A DNA stretch of 45,648 bases. It comes from Gemmatimonadota bacterium (GTDB lineage Bacteria > Gemmatimonadota > Gemmatimonadetes > Longimicrobiales > Gaopeijiaceae). Both the position numbers and the translations under genes were made by a program. The notes beneath the pieces are model-generated. The model saw only the letters and a list, made by a program, of their open reading frames with translations, searched no databases and was not told where the DNA came from. The number at the start of each line of letters is the position of its first letter. Positions within the stretch are counted from its first letter, which is position 1. The stretch spans positions 1-45,648 of the forward strand of contig JBDHHQ010000031.1 of the NCBI GenBank assembly GCA_039589315.1, read 5' to 3'. Shown here piece after piece: positions 26,881 through 36,341 of this stretch.

Positions 26881-29643
26881 ATGTCGATCCATCTGTTCGC
26901 CCGGAACGGTACTTTGGTTGCGTTATTCGCCCTCGTCACCGCCGCCTCTCCCATTGCAGCTCAGGAGTCGGCCACCTTCCCCGAGCCCGTCGCCTCCGTC
27001 GAGGGCATCACCGAGTACAGCCTGGACAACGGACTTCGGGTCCTCCTGTTCCCGGACCCGAGCAAGCCCACGACCACAGTGAACGTCACCTACTTCGTGG
27101 GGTCGCGACACGAGGCCTACGGCGAGACGGGGATGGCCCACCTCCTGGAGCACCTGGTGTTCCAGGGCACGCCGAGCCACCCGAACATCATGGACGAGCT
27201 CACGGAGCGGGGCGCCCTGCCCAACGGCACCACGTGGGTCGACCGGACCAACTACTTCGAGACCTTCCCGGCCACAGAGGACAATCTGGCGTGGGCGCTG
27301 GAGCTCGAGGCCGATCGCATGGTGAACAGCTTCATCAGCGCCGACGACCTGGCGTCGGAGTTCACCGTGGTGCGGAACGAGATGGAGGCGGGAGAGAACC
27401 GCCCATTCGGCATCTTGATGGAGCGCACCCTATCCACGGCATACCTCTGGCACAACTACGGGAATTCCACCATCGGTGCCCGCTCGGACGTGGAGAACGT
27501 GCCCATCGGCCGGCTCCAGGCCTTCTACCGGAAGTACTACCAGCCCGACAACGCCATGCTGGTGATCGCCGGCCGGTTCGAGGAGGACCGGGCGCTGGAG
27601 CTGGTCCAGGAGACCTTCGGGCAGATCACCCCGCCTACGCGCGAGGGTGACATGTACCTCTGGCCCACCTACACGGTGGAGCCGACCCAGGACGGTGAAC
27701 GCTCGGTCACGCTCCGTCGCGTGGGCGACGAGCAGTACGTCATGCACGCCTACCACGTACCCCCGGGGTCCCACGAGCAGTTCGCGGCCATCGAAGTGCT
27801 GGGCTTTATCCTGGGCGATCGCCCGTCGGGACGGCTGTACAAGGCTATGGTGGAAACGGAAGCCGCCGCCCGTGTCGGGGCCATGGACCTCCAGCTGAGA
27901 GAGGCCAGCCCGCTTCTGCTGTTCGCCCAGGTGCGAGAGGGCCGGTCCCTGGACGAGGCGGCGCAGCTCGTGACGGCCACCGTCGACGGCTTGCTGACCG
28001 ATCCGGTCACCGACGAGGAGGTCGAGCGGGCAAAGGCAGCGCTCCTGAAGAACAGCGAGCTCCTGTTCACCAACTCCGAACGGTTCGGTCTCCGTATGAG
28101 CGAGTGGGCCGCCATGGGAGACTGGCGGCTGTTCTTCATCCACCGGGACCGGCTGAAGGAGGTGACGACCCTCCGAGTACAGCGGGCGGCCATGACGTAC
28201 CTGAAGCCGTCGAACCGGACCGTGGGCCTGTTCATCCCGACGGATGAGCCGGACCGGGCCGAGATCCCCGCACCGCCCGACGTCATGGCCCTGGCCGAGT
28301 CGTACGAGGGCGGCGAGGCCATCGCCGTGGGCGAGGCCTTCGACGCCACGCCCGCCAACATCGAGTCCCGGACCACTCGCCAGGAGATGGACAGCGGCTT
28401 CAAGCTGGCCCTCCTGGACAAGCAGACCCGGGGGGAGGCCGTCGTGGCGCAGCTGACGCTGCGCTTCGGCACGGAGGACGCGCTGCGCGGTCGGGCCACC
28501 GACGGCTCGTTCGCCGCCTCCATGCTCATGCGGGGGACCACGCAGCGCACCCGGCAGGAGATCGAGGACGAGCTCGACCGGCTGAAAGCACAGGTATCGG
28601 TGGGTGGCGGCCCGGTGGTGGCCACCGCTTCGGTCTCCACGCTCAGGTCGAACCTCCCCCAGGTCCTTCGCCTGCTGTCCGAGGTGCTGCATTCGCCGTC
28701 GTTCCAGGCCTCGGAGTTCGAGATCCTGAAGCAGGAGCGACTCTCCGCGCTCGAGTCGCAGCTTGCGGATCCCCAGGCCCTGGCGTTCACCGAGTACCAG
28801 CGCCGGACGAATCCCCGAGATACGGATCACCCGTACTACACGCCCACCATCGAGGAGGAGGTGGCCCTCACCGAAGGTGCCACCCTCGAAGGGGCCCGGA
28901 GCTTCTACGAGGAGTTCTACGGGGCGGCCGCCGGCACCATGGCCATCGTGGGCGACTACGAGCCGGCCGAGATCACTCCCATCGTCGAGGAGACCTTCGG
29001 GGACTGGGTCAGCGACGTGGAGTACGTTCGAACCGGCAATCCGTACCAGGAGATCACTCCCGAATCCGTCGAGATCGAGACGCCGGACAAGGCCAATGCG
29101 TTCCTCCTGGCGGGCACCGTCCTTCCCCTGGACGACGGCCACGACGATTACCCGGCATTGGTCCTGGGTAACTTCATGCTCGGGGGCGGGTTCCTGAGCT
29201 CCCGGCTAGCCACGCGCATCCGGCACGAGGAGGGGCTCAGCTATGGAGTGGGCTCCATGCTTCAGGCCCATCCCATCGACGAACGGGGCCAATTCATGAC
29301 CTACGCCATCTCGGCGCCGGAGAACTCCGACCGCGTCGAGGCCGCCTGGCGCGAGGAGGTGCAGAAGGTCCTGGACGAGGGCTTCACCGCCGACGAGGTG
29401 GAGGAAGCGAAGGCCGGGTACACGGAGTTCCAGAAGAACCTGAGAGCCCGGGACAACGTGCTGGCGGGACGGCTGTCCCAGGACCTCTACTTCGGCCGGA
29501 CCATGGACCGGGAGGCGGACATGGACGCCCGGATCCAGGCGCTGACGGTCGAAGAGATCAACGCGGCCTTCCGGCAGTGGATCGACCTCGAGGCCATGAC
29601 GATCGTGAAGGCCGGCGACTTCGCGAAGGCGCCGGTGAGCTGA
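26881..29643 (+). CDS. M16 (pitrilysin/insulinase) zinc metallopeptidase, exported
   Basis: Signal peptide; GMAHLLEH (HxxEH), NGTTWVDRTNY, RIRHEEGLSYG. Confidence 0.93.
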   Translation: MSIHLFARNGTLVALFALVTAASPIAAQESATFPEPVASVEGITEYSLDNGLRVLLFPDPSKPTTTVNVTYFVGSRHEAYGETGMAHLLEHLVFQGTPSHPNIMDELTERGALPNGTTWVDRTNYFETFPATEDNLAWALELEADRMVNSFISADDLASEFTVVRNEMEAGENRPFGILMERTLSTAYLWHNYGNSTIGARSDVENVPIGRLQAFYRKYYQPDNAMLVIAGRFEEDRALELVQETFGQITPPTREGDMYLWPTYTVEPTQDGERSVTLRRVGDEQYVMHAYHVPPGSHEQFAAIEVLGFILGDRPSGRLYKAMVETEAAARVGAMDLQLREASPLLLFAQVREGRSLDEAAQLVTATVDGLLTDPVTDEEVERAKAALLKNSELLFTNSERFGLRMSEWAAMGDWRLFFIHRDRLKEVTTLRVQRAAMTYLKPSNRTVGLFIPTDEPDRAEIPAPPDVMALAESYEGGEAIAVGEAFDATPANIESRTTRQEMDSGFKLALLDKQTRGEAVVAQLTLRFGTEDALRGRATDGSFAASMLMRGTTQRTRQEIEDELDRLKAQVSVGGGPVVATASVSTLRSNLPQVLRLLSEVLHSPSFQASEFEILKQERLSALESQLADPQALAFTEYQRRTNPRDTDHPYYTPTIEEEVALTEGATLEGARSFYEEFYGAAAGTMAIVGDYEPAEITPIVEETFGDWVSDVEYVRTGNPYQEITPESVEIETPDKANAFLLAGTVLPLDDGHDDYPALVLGNFMLGGGFLSSRLATRIRHEEGLSYGVGSMLQAHPIDERGQFMTYAISAPENSDRVEAAWREEVQKVLDEGFTADEVEEAKAGYTEFQKNLRARDNVLAGRLSQDLYFGRTMDREADMDARIQALTVEEINAAFRQWIDLEAMTIVKAGDFAKAPVS

Positions 29644-29649
29644 GGAAGG

Positions 29650-31383
29650 CTACTCCCGACCGGCCTCCAGGACCTCCGTGAGCACTGCGCCCGCGGCCCC
29701 AGATGGGGGCTTCGTCCCCAGGTAGGCCGCGAGCGTCGTCGCAACGTCCACGGTCTGGACTCGGCGGTGAACGTGACGGGCAGGAAGCCCCGCCCCGCCG
29801 AAGATCACCGGTACGTAGGTGTCGTATTGCCAAGGCGACCCGTGGTGGACCGCGACCCTCAGACCGTCGAAGTCGTTGATGAACCAGTGTGGCTCGAGGA
29901 CGACGTAGATGTCCCCGGAGCGCTTTGGATGGAAGTTCCGCAGGACGCTCCGGTGGAGGGGAGTGTCCGGTACTCGACCCTCCCGTAGCGCGATGCTGGA
30001 GACCGCCAACGCGATCCCGTCGAACTTCTGGATCTCCTCGGCCACGGCTCCCTCGACCTCTGCCGGGTCGAGCCCGTGGGCCTGGATCACGTCCTGGTTC
30101 AGGTAGACGTAGGGCTGAAAGAATGTCTCGATCAGCTCCCCGCCTACGCCGAACCGCCGCTCGAGCGCCTCGATGGCCGGCTGGCGGTCGAGGGCCTCGG
30201 TATCGAAATAGCCGGCGTCGATCCCCAGCTGATTGAGATATCCCGGTGCCTCCGCCGCGCCATGGTCGGCGGAGAACACGATCAGCGTGTTGTCCAGGCC
30301 CACTCGTGCGTCGACGTCAGCGAGGAGATCGGCCAGCACCCGGTCGAGGCGGAGCAGGTTGTCCTCGGCTTCGAGACTGGATGGGCCAAAGAGGTGCCCC
30401 ACGTAGTCCGTCGACGAGAAGCTCACGGAGAGGTAATCGGGGACGACGTCAGCGCCGAGGTCTTCGTTCTCGATCACCGCCTTGGCGAAGTCCAGGACCA
30501 GCTCGTCGCCTGCCGGGCTCGTCGTGAGCAAGGTGGTGAAGTACCGACCGTCCATTCCGCCGAAGGCGTGGGGAAACGTCCGGCCGAAGCCGGCCAGATC
30601 CATCTCCCACGGATTGTCGTCCGCCTGGCCGAACAGGTACGTGGCGCGGTCGTGCAGGAGCTCCCACGTGCCATCGGCGAATCGACCTGTCGGTGAGGCG
30701 CGGTTGTACTCGACCACCCAGTTGGGGAGCGCATCGTAATAGAAGCGACTGCTTACGAATCGTCCCGTGGCCTTGGAGAACCAGAATGCCTTGCCTGCGT
30801 GGCCGGCCATCGCCACAGCGCCGCGGTCCTTGACGGAGACGCCGAAGATCTTGGCCCTCCCCGCCGTCCGGATCGCCAACTCGTCGCTGAAGGTCGACGT
30901 GAGTATCGCCATGGGCGAACGGCCGTCGCTTCGGGCGGTCCGCTGCGTCGGATCGATCTCGGTCGCCTGGTCCACGCCCCCGCCCTCGATCAGGAGCGGG
31001 AAGGCGGGGTCCTCGATGTTGTAGGTGAGCCGCCCTTTTTCCCGGTCGAACCACACGTTGCCGACCATGCCGTGCATCGCCGGATCCGCGCCCGTGGAGA
31101 GGGTGGTGTGGCCGACGATGGTCTCGGTGTTTGCATGGGCATGATGGGCATCCGTATAGACGATGCCCTGTTCCAGGAGGTAGCGGAAGCCGCCGGCGCC
31201 GAGCCGATCGTAGTAGCGGGTCGGCAGGTCACCCCGGAGCTGATCTATGGTGATCTGGAGGATCAGGCGCGGCCCAGGAGGTGACGGAGAAGCCTCCTGC
31301 TGGGCTTGCGCCGAAGCGGCGACCAGCCACGCCGTGGCCAAAAGGACAACCAGGGTGTGCGTGATCCGTCTCAATCGACCCAT
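29650..31383 (-). CDS. Alkaline phosphatase family protein (PafA/PhoK-like)
   Basis: Start reassigned to ATG 31383 (signal peptide); ITIDQLRGD, NTETIVGH (Thr nucleophile), KDRGA, SSTDYVGH, SADHG, HGSPWQYDT. Confidence 0.9.
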   Translation of the reverse strand: MGRLRRITHTLVVLLATAWLVAASAQAQQEASPSPPGPRLILQITIDQLRGDLPTRYYDRLGAGGFRYLLEQGIVYTDAHHAHANTETIVGHTTLSTGADPAMHGMVGNVWFDREKGRLTYNIEDPAFPLLIEGGGVDQATEIDPTQRTARSDGRSPMAILTSTFSDELAIRTAGRAKIFGVSVKDRGAVAMAGHAGKAFWFSKATGRFVSSRFYYDALPNWVVEYNRASPTGRFADGTWELLHDRATYLFGQADDNPWEMDLAGFGRTFPHAFGGMDGRYFTTLLTTSPAGDELVLDFAKAVIENEDLGADVVPDYLSVSFSSTDYVGHLFGPSSLEAEDNLLRLDRVLADLLADVDARVGLDNTLIVFSADHGAAEAPGYLNQLGIDAGYFDTEALDRQPAIEALERRFGVGGELIETFFQPYVYLNQDVIQAHGLDPAEVEGAVAEEIQKFDGIALAVSSIALREGRVPDTPLHRSVLRNFHPKRSGDIYVVLEPHWFINDFDGLRVAVHHGSPWQYDTYVPVIFGGAGLPARHVHRRVQTVDVATTLAAYLGTKPPSGAAGAVLTEVLEAGRE

Positions 31384-31546
31384 CGGTATCAAGTCCCGGA
31401 AACGAGGGAGGCCAGGAGTACCGGCCGCTTCCAAGCGGAGCGCCAAATCACCGGGTTTGCCGTAGCCTTCTTGCATCCGTTCGACGGCGCCGCCCACCTT
31501 TGTCCTGAATACGCCCCCAGGCCCGCTGCGGTCCATCCCACGGGCA

Positions 31547-31804
31547 ATGACGGCCATCCCTGACCCCAGACGGCAGATGCGCGTGAACCTTCCCGAGAAG
31601 TACCATACCGACGAGGACCTTGAGCTCGCCCGCACCAAGGGACAAGTGGTGGGCTGGATCCAGGGCGGCGCCGCCGTGATCGTCGGGGGCCTCGTCCTGA
31701 ACCTCCTCGGCTGGCTGCCCGCGGTGCTCGTGCTCGGGGCCGTGGCGTGGGTCGCGTACAAGCTCGTGACCAGAGCCGCCAAGGACGACGAAGACGGCGC
31801 CTGA
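31547..31804 (+). CDS. Small hypothetical membrane protein
   Basis: Typical codon usage, two hydrophobic helices, fills the gap between genes. Confidence 0.65.
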   Translation: MTAIPDPRRQMRVNLPEKYHTDEDLELARTKGQVVGWIQGGAAVIVGGLVLNLLGWLPAVLVLGAVAWVAYKLVTRAAKDDEDGA

Positions 31805-31836
31805 GCGAAGGCGGTCGAGCGCTCGGGGCCGGGGAT

Positions 31837-33111
31837 TCAGCCCCCGCCGCGGAGCCTTTCCAGCATCGCGATCCCGTTCGCGTTGTTGGGATTGAGCTCG
31901 ATCGACTTCTCGTAGAGCTCGATGGCCCGGTCGGTGTTGCCGGCGTTCATGTGGGCCTCGGCCAGGCTGTCCCAGACGTTCCAGGACTGGGGATAGGACT
32001 CGGTGTTGAGCTCGAACACCGTGAGCGCCGCCTCCATCTGGCTCGTGTTCATGAACCGGTAGCCCAGGGCGTTGACCTCGAACTCGGTGTTGATCCCGCC
32101 GTTGGCCGGATCGTCCTTGAAGGCCCGGTAGGCGGGCTCGATCCCGCCGACCCCCTCGGTGTTCAACGCCGCCACCACAGCGTCCGTAAGCGACGCCAGC
32201 TTGATCTGCCGCAGCACGCTGGTGCTGGCCGGCGGGATCAGCTCGGTACCCAGGGCCCTCCGCCGGAACTCGTTGAGGTAGAGCCGCGTGCCGCTGGGGC
32301 TGGCCGCGATACCGTTGGGGAAGGCCAAGGTGGCCTCCAGGGCCGGACCGTCCTGGCCGCCCGGCGTCCCCGTGCCCGCGAGTAGCGAGACCTCACCGGA
32401 GAGAGAGACTCGCCAGACCTGGTGGCCCCGGAAGCTGGTCGCGTAGAGCGTGCCCCGGGCGAAGGTCACGTGGCCGTTGCCACCTCCTGGAATCGTGGCG
32501 AACTCGGCGACCATCCCGTCCGGTGTCACCTTCAGCATCAGGCCGTTGCTGAAGTTCACCACGTAGAGGTTGCCCTGCGTGTCCCGGGTGATGCCGTTGG
32601 GGCAGGCGAACAGCTCACTCGCCGTGAACTCGGTCACGGCGCCATCGGGTGTGACCTTGCTCAGTGTGTTGCCGCTGCAATTGGTGACGAAGAGGTTGTC
32701 GTCGCCATCGATGGCGATGCCCACGGGACCCCGCAGTCCGGCCGCGAACTCTTCCACGTTTCCCTCCCGGTCCACCCGGGCGATGAAGTTCCCGTAGAAG
32801 TTCGACTGGAACAGGTTGCCCTTGGAGTCGATGGCGTTGCCGGACGAGCCGTACATGCTGGTCACGAACGTGCTCACGTGTCCGGCGGGCGTCACCTTCC
32901 AGACGGTCCCTCCGAAGTCGGCCACGTAGACGATGCCGGCCCGGTCGACGGTCACGCCCCCAACCCCACCGTTCAGGGTGTCGGTAAGCGTCACGACCTG
33001 GTCACCACCGGGCGGGGGTGCCTGGAGGCCCGCCAATGGACCCGGGTGCAAGGTCGCGCCCAGCGTGGATGCGACGAGCAGGAGGACGACGGCAGCGACG
33101 GGGTGCCTCAT
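31837..33111 (-). CDS. Exported NHL/SMP-30-like beta-propeller protein with C-terminal TPR
   Basis: About six repeats such as GPVGIAIDGDDNLFVTN and CPNGITRDTQGNLYVVN; TPR motif NALGY...NVWDSLAEA...AIELYEKSIELNP; GGAGG RBS. Confidence 0.8.
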   Translation of the reverse strand: MRHPVAAVVLLLVASTLGATLHPGPLAGLQAPPPGGDQVVTLTDTLNGGVGGVTVDRAGIVYVADFGGTVWKVTPAGHVSTFVTSMYGSSGNAIDSKGNLFQSNFYGNFIARVDREGNVEEFAAGLRGPVGIAIDGDDNLFVTNCSGNTLSKVTPDGAVTEFTASELFACPNGITRDTQGNLYVVNFSNGLMLKVTPDGMVAEFATIPGGGNGHVTFARGTLYATSFRGHQVWRVSLSGEVSLLAGTGTPGGQDGPALEATLAFPNGIAASPSGTRLYLNEFRRRALGTELIPPASTSVLRQIKLASLTDAVVAALNTEGVGGIEPAYRAFKDDPANGGINTEFEVNALGYRFMNTSQMEAALTVFELNTESYPQSWNVWDSLAEAHMNAGNTDRAIELYEKSIELNPNNANGIAMLERLRGGG

Positions 33112-33252
33112 GGTCTACCTCCGGAGCGATCGATGACAGGGAGAGGTATGGATCGAACGGCCCACGACTCAGGGTACGGGCCAGGGCCGTCCGCCGTTAC
33201 CGTAGCAGCGCGAATCGCATGGCGACGGATCGGTCTACGGCGTGAGGATTCC

Positions 33253-33636
33253 CTAGCCGGCCCGCTCCGCCCCGTTGAGGACTTCCGTGGCCGCCTGCTT
33301 GAGGGCTTCCACCGAGAACGGCTTGGCCAATGAGCGGTCGGCACCGAACAGCTCCGCATCGGTCAGGGGGCCGTCGGGATCGACCATCCCGCCGCCGGAC
33401 ACCGCCAGGATCCGGACGCCCGGGAACTCCTCGCGGAGCTCCTGGATGGTCTCGATTCCCTCTTTCTCGGGCATGATCAGGTCCGTGATGACCAGATCGG
33501 CGGGATCGGCCCGGTAGAGGTCGAGGCCCATGGCGCCATCCTCGGCCACGCGGACATCGTGTCCGTCGTGCTCGAGGATCCTGCACATGATGTCCCGCAG
33601 CGCGGGATCGTCGTCGATGATGAGTATCTTGGCCAC
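33253..33636 (-). CDS. Single-domain response regulator (CheY-like receiver)
   Basis: ILIIDDD, VITDLIMP, AVSGG, LAKPF. Confidence 0.9.
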   Translation of the reverse strand: MAKILIIDDDPALRDIMCRILEHDGHDVRVAEDGAMGLDLYRADPADLVITDLIMPEKEGIETIQELREEFPGVRILAVSGGGMVDPDGPLTDAELFGADRSLAKPFSVEALKQAATEVLNGAERAG

Positions 33637-33833
33637 TGCCTCAGCTTCGCCTGATGCGCACGATCGAGATGTCCTGATCCAACACGGCTCTTACCGAGTA
33701 TCGGAACGTGACGCCCATTTCCTGACCTCATTGGTGGCCACGACGAGCCGGATCGGCCCCGGTCGCGGAGTCGGTGGGCCACGCCGCGTACGAACCAGAC
33801 CTGGCCCGGGGCCGGTCGGGCCACTCCGGTGGG

Positions 33834-34328
33834 TCAGGCCTCGCTGCCGGCTGCGCCATCCAGTTGCTGGGGCAGAGTCACGAGCTCCAGAACCTTGAAC
33901 GTGCGCTCGCCTCCGGGAAGCTGAACGGCTACCTCGTCGTCCACCCGCGCGCCCATCAGGCCACGTCCGATGGGTGAGGCCATGGAAATGTGCCCGGCGT
34001 CCAGGTCGATGAAATCTCCGGCCACGATGGTGAACGTGACGCGCTCACCCAGCCCCGCGTCGTGCACGTCGACCCGTGAGCCGAAGCCCACTCGATCCAC
34101 CGGCAGGTCGTCCACGTCGATCTTGGACAGCTCGCTCATCCGGCGGGTCAGGTGATCGAGACGAGCCTGAACGAAGCCCTGTCGCTCCAAGGCCGACTTG
34201 TACTCGGCGTTCTCCCTGAGGTCGCCGTGCTCGACGGCGATCCGGATCCGTTCGGGGAGATCCACCGTGAGTTCCGTCATGAGGCGGCCGATCTCGGCCT
34301 CGATCTTGCTTTTGATCTCATCCAGCAT
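33834..34328 (-). CDS. greA: Transcription elongation factor GreA/GreB
   Basis: Start reassigned to ATG 34328; HGDLRENAEY, VGFGS, ISMASPIGRGL. Confidence 0.9.
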   Translation of the reverse strand: MLDEIKSKIEAEIGRLMTELTVDLPERIRIAVEHGDLRENAEYKSALERQGFVQARLDHLTRRMSELSKIDVDDLPVDRVGFGSRVDVHDAGLGERVTFTIVAGDFIDLDAGHISMASPIGRGLMGARVDDEVAVQLPGGERTFKVLELVTLPQQLDGAAGSEA

Positions 34329-34427
34329 GATGACCTCGTGTCCGTGCCGCGTGCCTTGGAGTCCGAGCGGTGTGGCGAAGCAGTGAAGCGGCAGTGCGGG
34401 CGCGACGAGCAAAGCAGCGGCTACCCC

Positions 34428-35519
34428 TCAGGCATGGAGCAGTGCCGTGATCCGCTCCACGGTGCGGCGGACCGCTTCGGGATCCTCCCCCCCCACGTTT
34501 ACGTGGCCGAGCTTGCGCCCTGGCCGTGGCGCCTTGCCGTACAGATGCAGGTGAGCGCCGGGCAACGCCAGGATCTCGGCATTGGTGGGGACCTGGCCGA
34601 GGAGGTTCACCATGGCGGCGTGCGCCGTCACGGCCGTACTCCCCAACGGGAGCCCGCATACGGCCCGCATGTGGTTCTCGAATTGGCAATGTGGAGCGCA
34701 ATCCTGCGTCCAGTGACCCGAGTTGTGGACCCGCGGCGCCATCTCGTTGGCCATGAGTCCCTGCTCGGTGTCGAATAACTCGACCGCGAGGACGCCCACG
34801 TACTCGAGCCTCTCCATGACTCGCCGAGCGTACGACTCGGCCTGTGTCTGCACATCGGCGCTGATGCCCGGCGCCGGCGCGAAGGCGCGCTCGAGGATGC
34901 CGTGCCCGTGGTGTGTTTCGACCAGGGGATAGAACCGTGCCTCGCCCGATCGGCTCCGTACGCCGAGGATCGACAGCTCTCGCCGGAACGGCACCCATCC
35001 CTCCAGGAGCAGCGCCCGGCCTCCCAGAGCCGACCACGCCTCCTCCTGGTCGGCTTCCGCCTGGAGCACGAACTGCCCCTTGCCGTCGTACCCGAGGCGG
35101 CGGGTCTTGAGTACGGCGGGAAGTCCCAGGGCCTCCACGGCCTCGGCCAGGTCCGCCTGGGTATCGACGGCCCGAAACGCCGCCGTGGGAATCTCCAGGT
35201 CCCGGAACCCCTGCTTCTCCGCCAGACGGTCCTGGGCCATCTCCAGAGCCGCCGGGGGTGGATACACGGGGACCACGCCAGCAAGGGCCTCGGCCGTGGC
35301 TACCGGCACGTTCTCGAACTCGTAGGTGACCACATCCAGATCTTCCGCGAAGCGAAGGGCGGCCTGCACGTCGTCGTAGCGCTCGGCGACAATGTCGCCG
35401 AGGCCCGTTACGGGTGGACCGGGCGACGGCTCCAGAAACCGGAAGCGGATACCCAGGGGATAGCCGGCCAGGGCCAGCATCCGTCCCAGCTGGCCACCGC
35501 CGAGGATGCCGACGTTCAC
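34428..35519 (-). CDS. purK: N5-CAIR synthetase
   Basis: [49 protein letters not shown]. Confidence 0.96.
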   Translation of the reverse strand: MNVGILGGGQLGRMLALAGYPLGIRFRFLEPSPGPPVTGLGDIVAERYDDVQAALRFAEDLDVVTYEFENVPVATAEALAGVVPVYPPPAALEMAQDRLAEKQGFRDLEIPTAAFRAVDTQADLAEAVEALGLPAVLKTRRLGYDGKGQFVLQAEADQEEAWSALGGRALLLEGWVPFRRELSILGVRSRSGEARFYPLVETHHGHGILERAFAPAPGISADVQTQAESYARRVMERLEYVGVLAVELFDTEQGLMANEMAPRVHNSGHWTQDCAPHCQFENHMRAVCGLPLGSTAVTAHAAMVNLLGQVPTNAEILALPGAHLHLYGKAPRPGRKLGHVNVGGEDPEAVRRTVERITALLHA

Positions 35520-36016
35520 GGCGCGGGTTGGCGTGGATCGGGGTCGTTCAGAACGGTCCGGGTGCGGGCGTCCCGGTAGGACCGGAGGGATTCGCGGATC
35601 TGCGGGTGCCCTGCGCCCAGGATGGCGGCCGCCAGCAGGGCGGCGTTCACGGCGCCGGATCGGCCGATGGCCAGAGCGCCGACCGGGATCCCGCCGGGCA
35701 TCTGGACGATGGACAGGAGCGAGTCGAGGCCCTGCAGCGCCCGGGACTGGACGGGCACACCCAGCACGGGGAGCACGGTCTTGGCAGCCACCATGCCGGG
35801 CAGGTGAGCGGCACCTCCGGCACCGGCGATGATCACCTCGAGGCCGCGATCTTCAGCCGTACTGGCATACTCGAAGAGCAGATCCGGCGTGCGGTGCGCC
35901 GAGACGACCCGCACCTCGTGAGGGACGTCCAGCGCTTCGAGGGCTTCCACTGCGTTCTTCATGGTGTCCCAGTCCGAGCGTGACCCCATGATGACACCCA
36001 CCAGTGGCTTCGACAT
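35516..36016 (-). CDS. purE: N5-CAIR mutase
   Basis: Start at ATG 36016 after [42 protein letters not shown]. Confidence 0.96.
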   Translation of the reverse strand: MSKPLVGVIMGSRSDWDTMKNAVEALEALDVPHEVRVVSAHRTPDLLFEYASTAEDRGLEVIIAGAGGAAHLPGMVAAKTVLPVLGVPVQSRALQGLDSLLSIVQMPGGIPVGALAIGRSGAVNAALLAAAILGAGHPQIRESLRSYRDARTRTVLNDPDPRQPAP

Positions 36017-36341
36017 TCCGGCTCCTGTTCGGGGACGAGAGAGGTTGTACTTCGGGGGCGGTGTGGTCAAGGGCGGCGCCGCGACGGCGCCCAAGGACGG
36101 CATGCCGGAGACGGCTTCGGACCCGAGCTGCCCGTGCGCGGTGGGCCCCGGTCATGGCGGATCCGACGTTTTCTTCCCTACCTTTCCTACTCCCCGTCCG
36201 GAGCGCCTCGCCTCTCGATGGCGTCCAGGCCGAACCTTCACGAAGCCAATGGACATGGGCCCACTGAACGACAGAATCCCGACCTCGGTCATCCCTCGCC
36301 TCGAGCCGGCCCACGTTCTCCCGGCGCCACGGCAGATCTGA

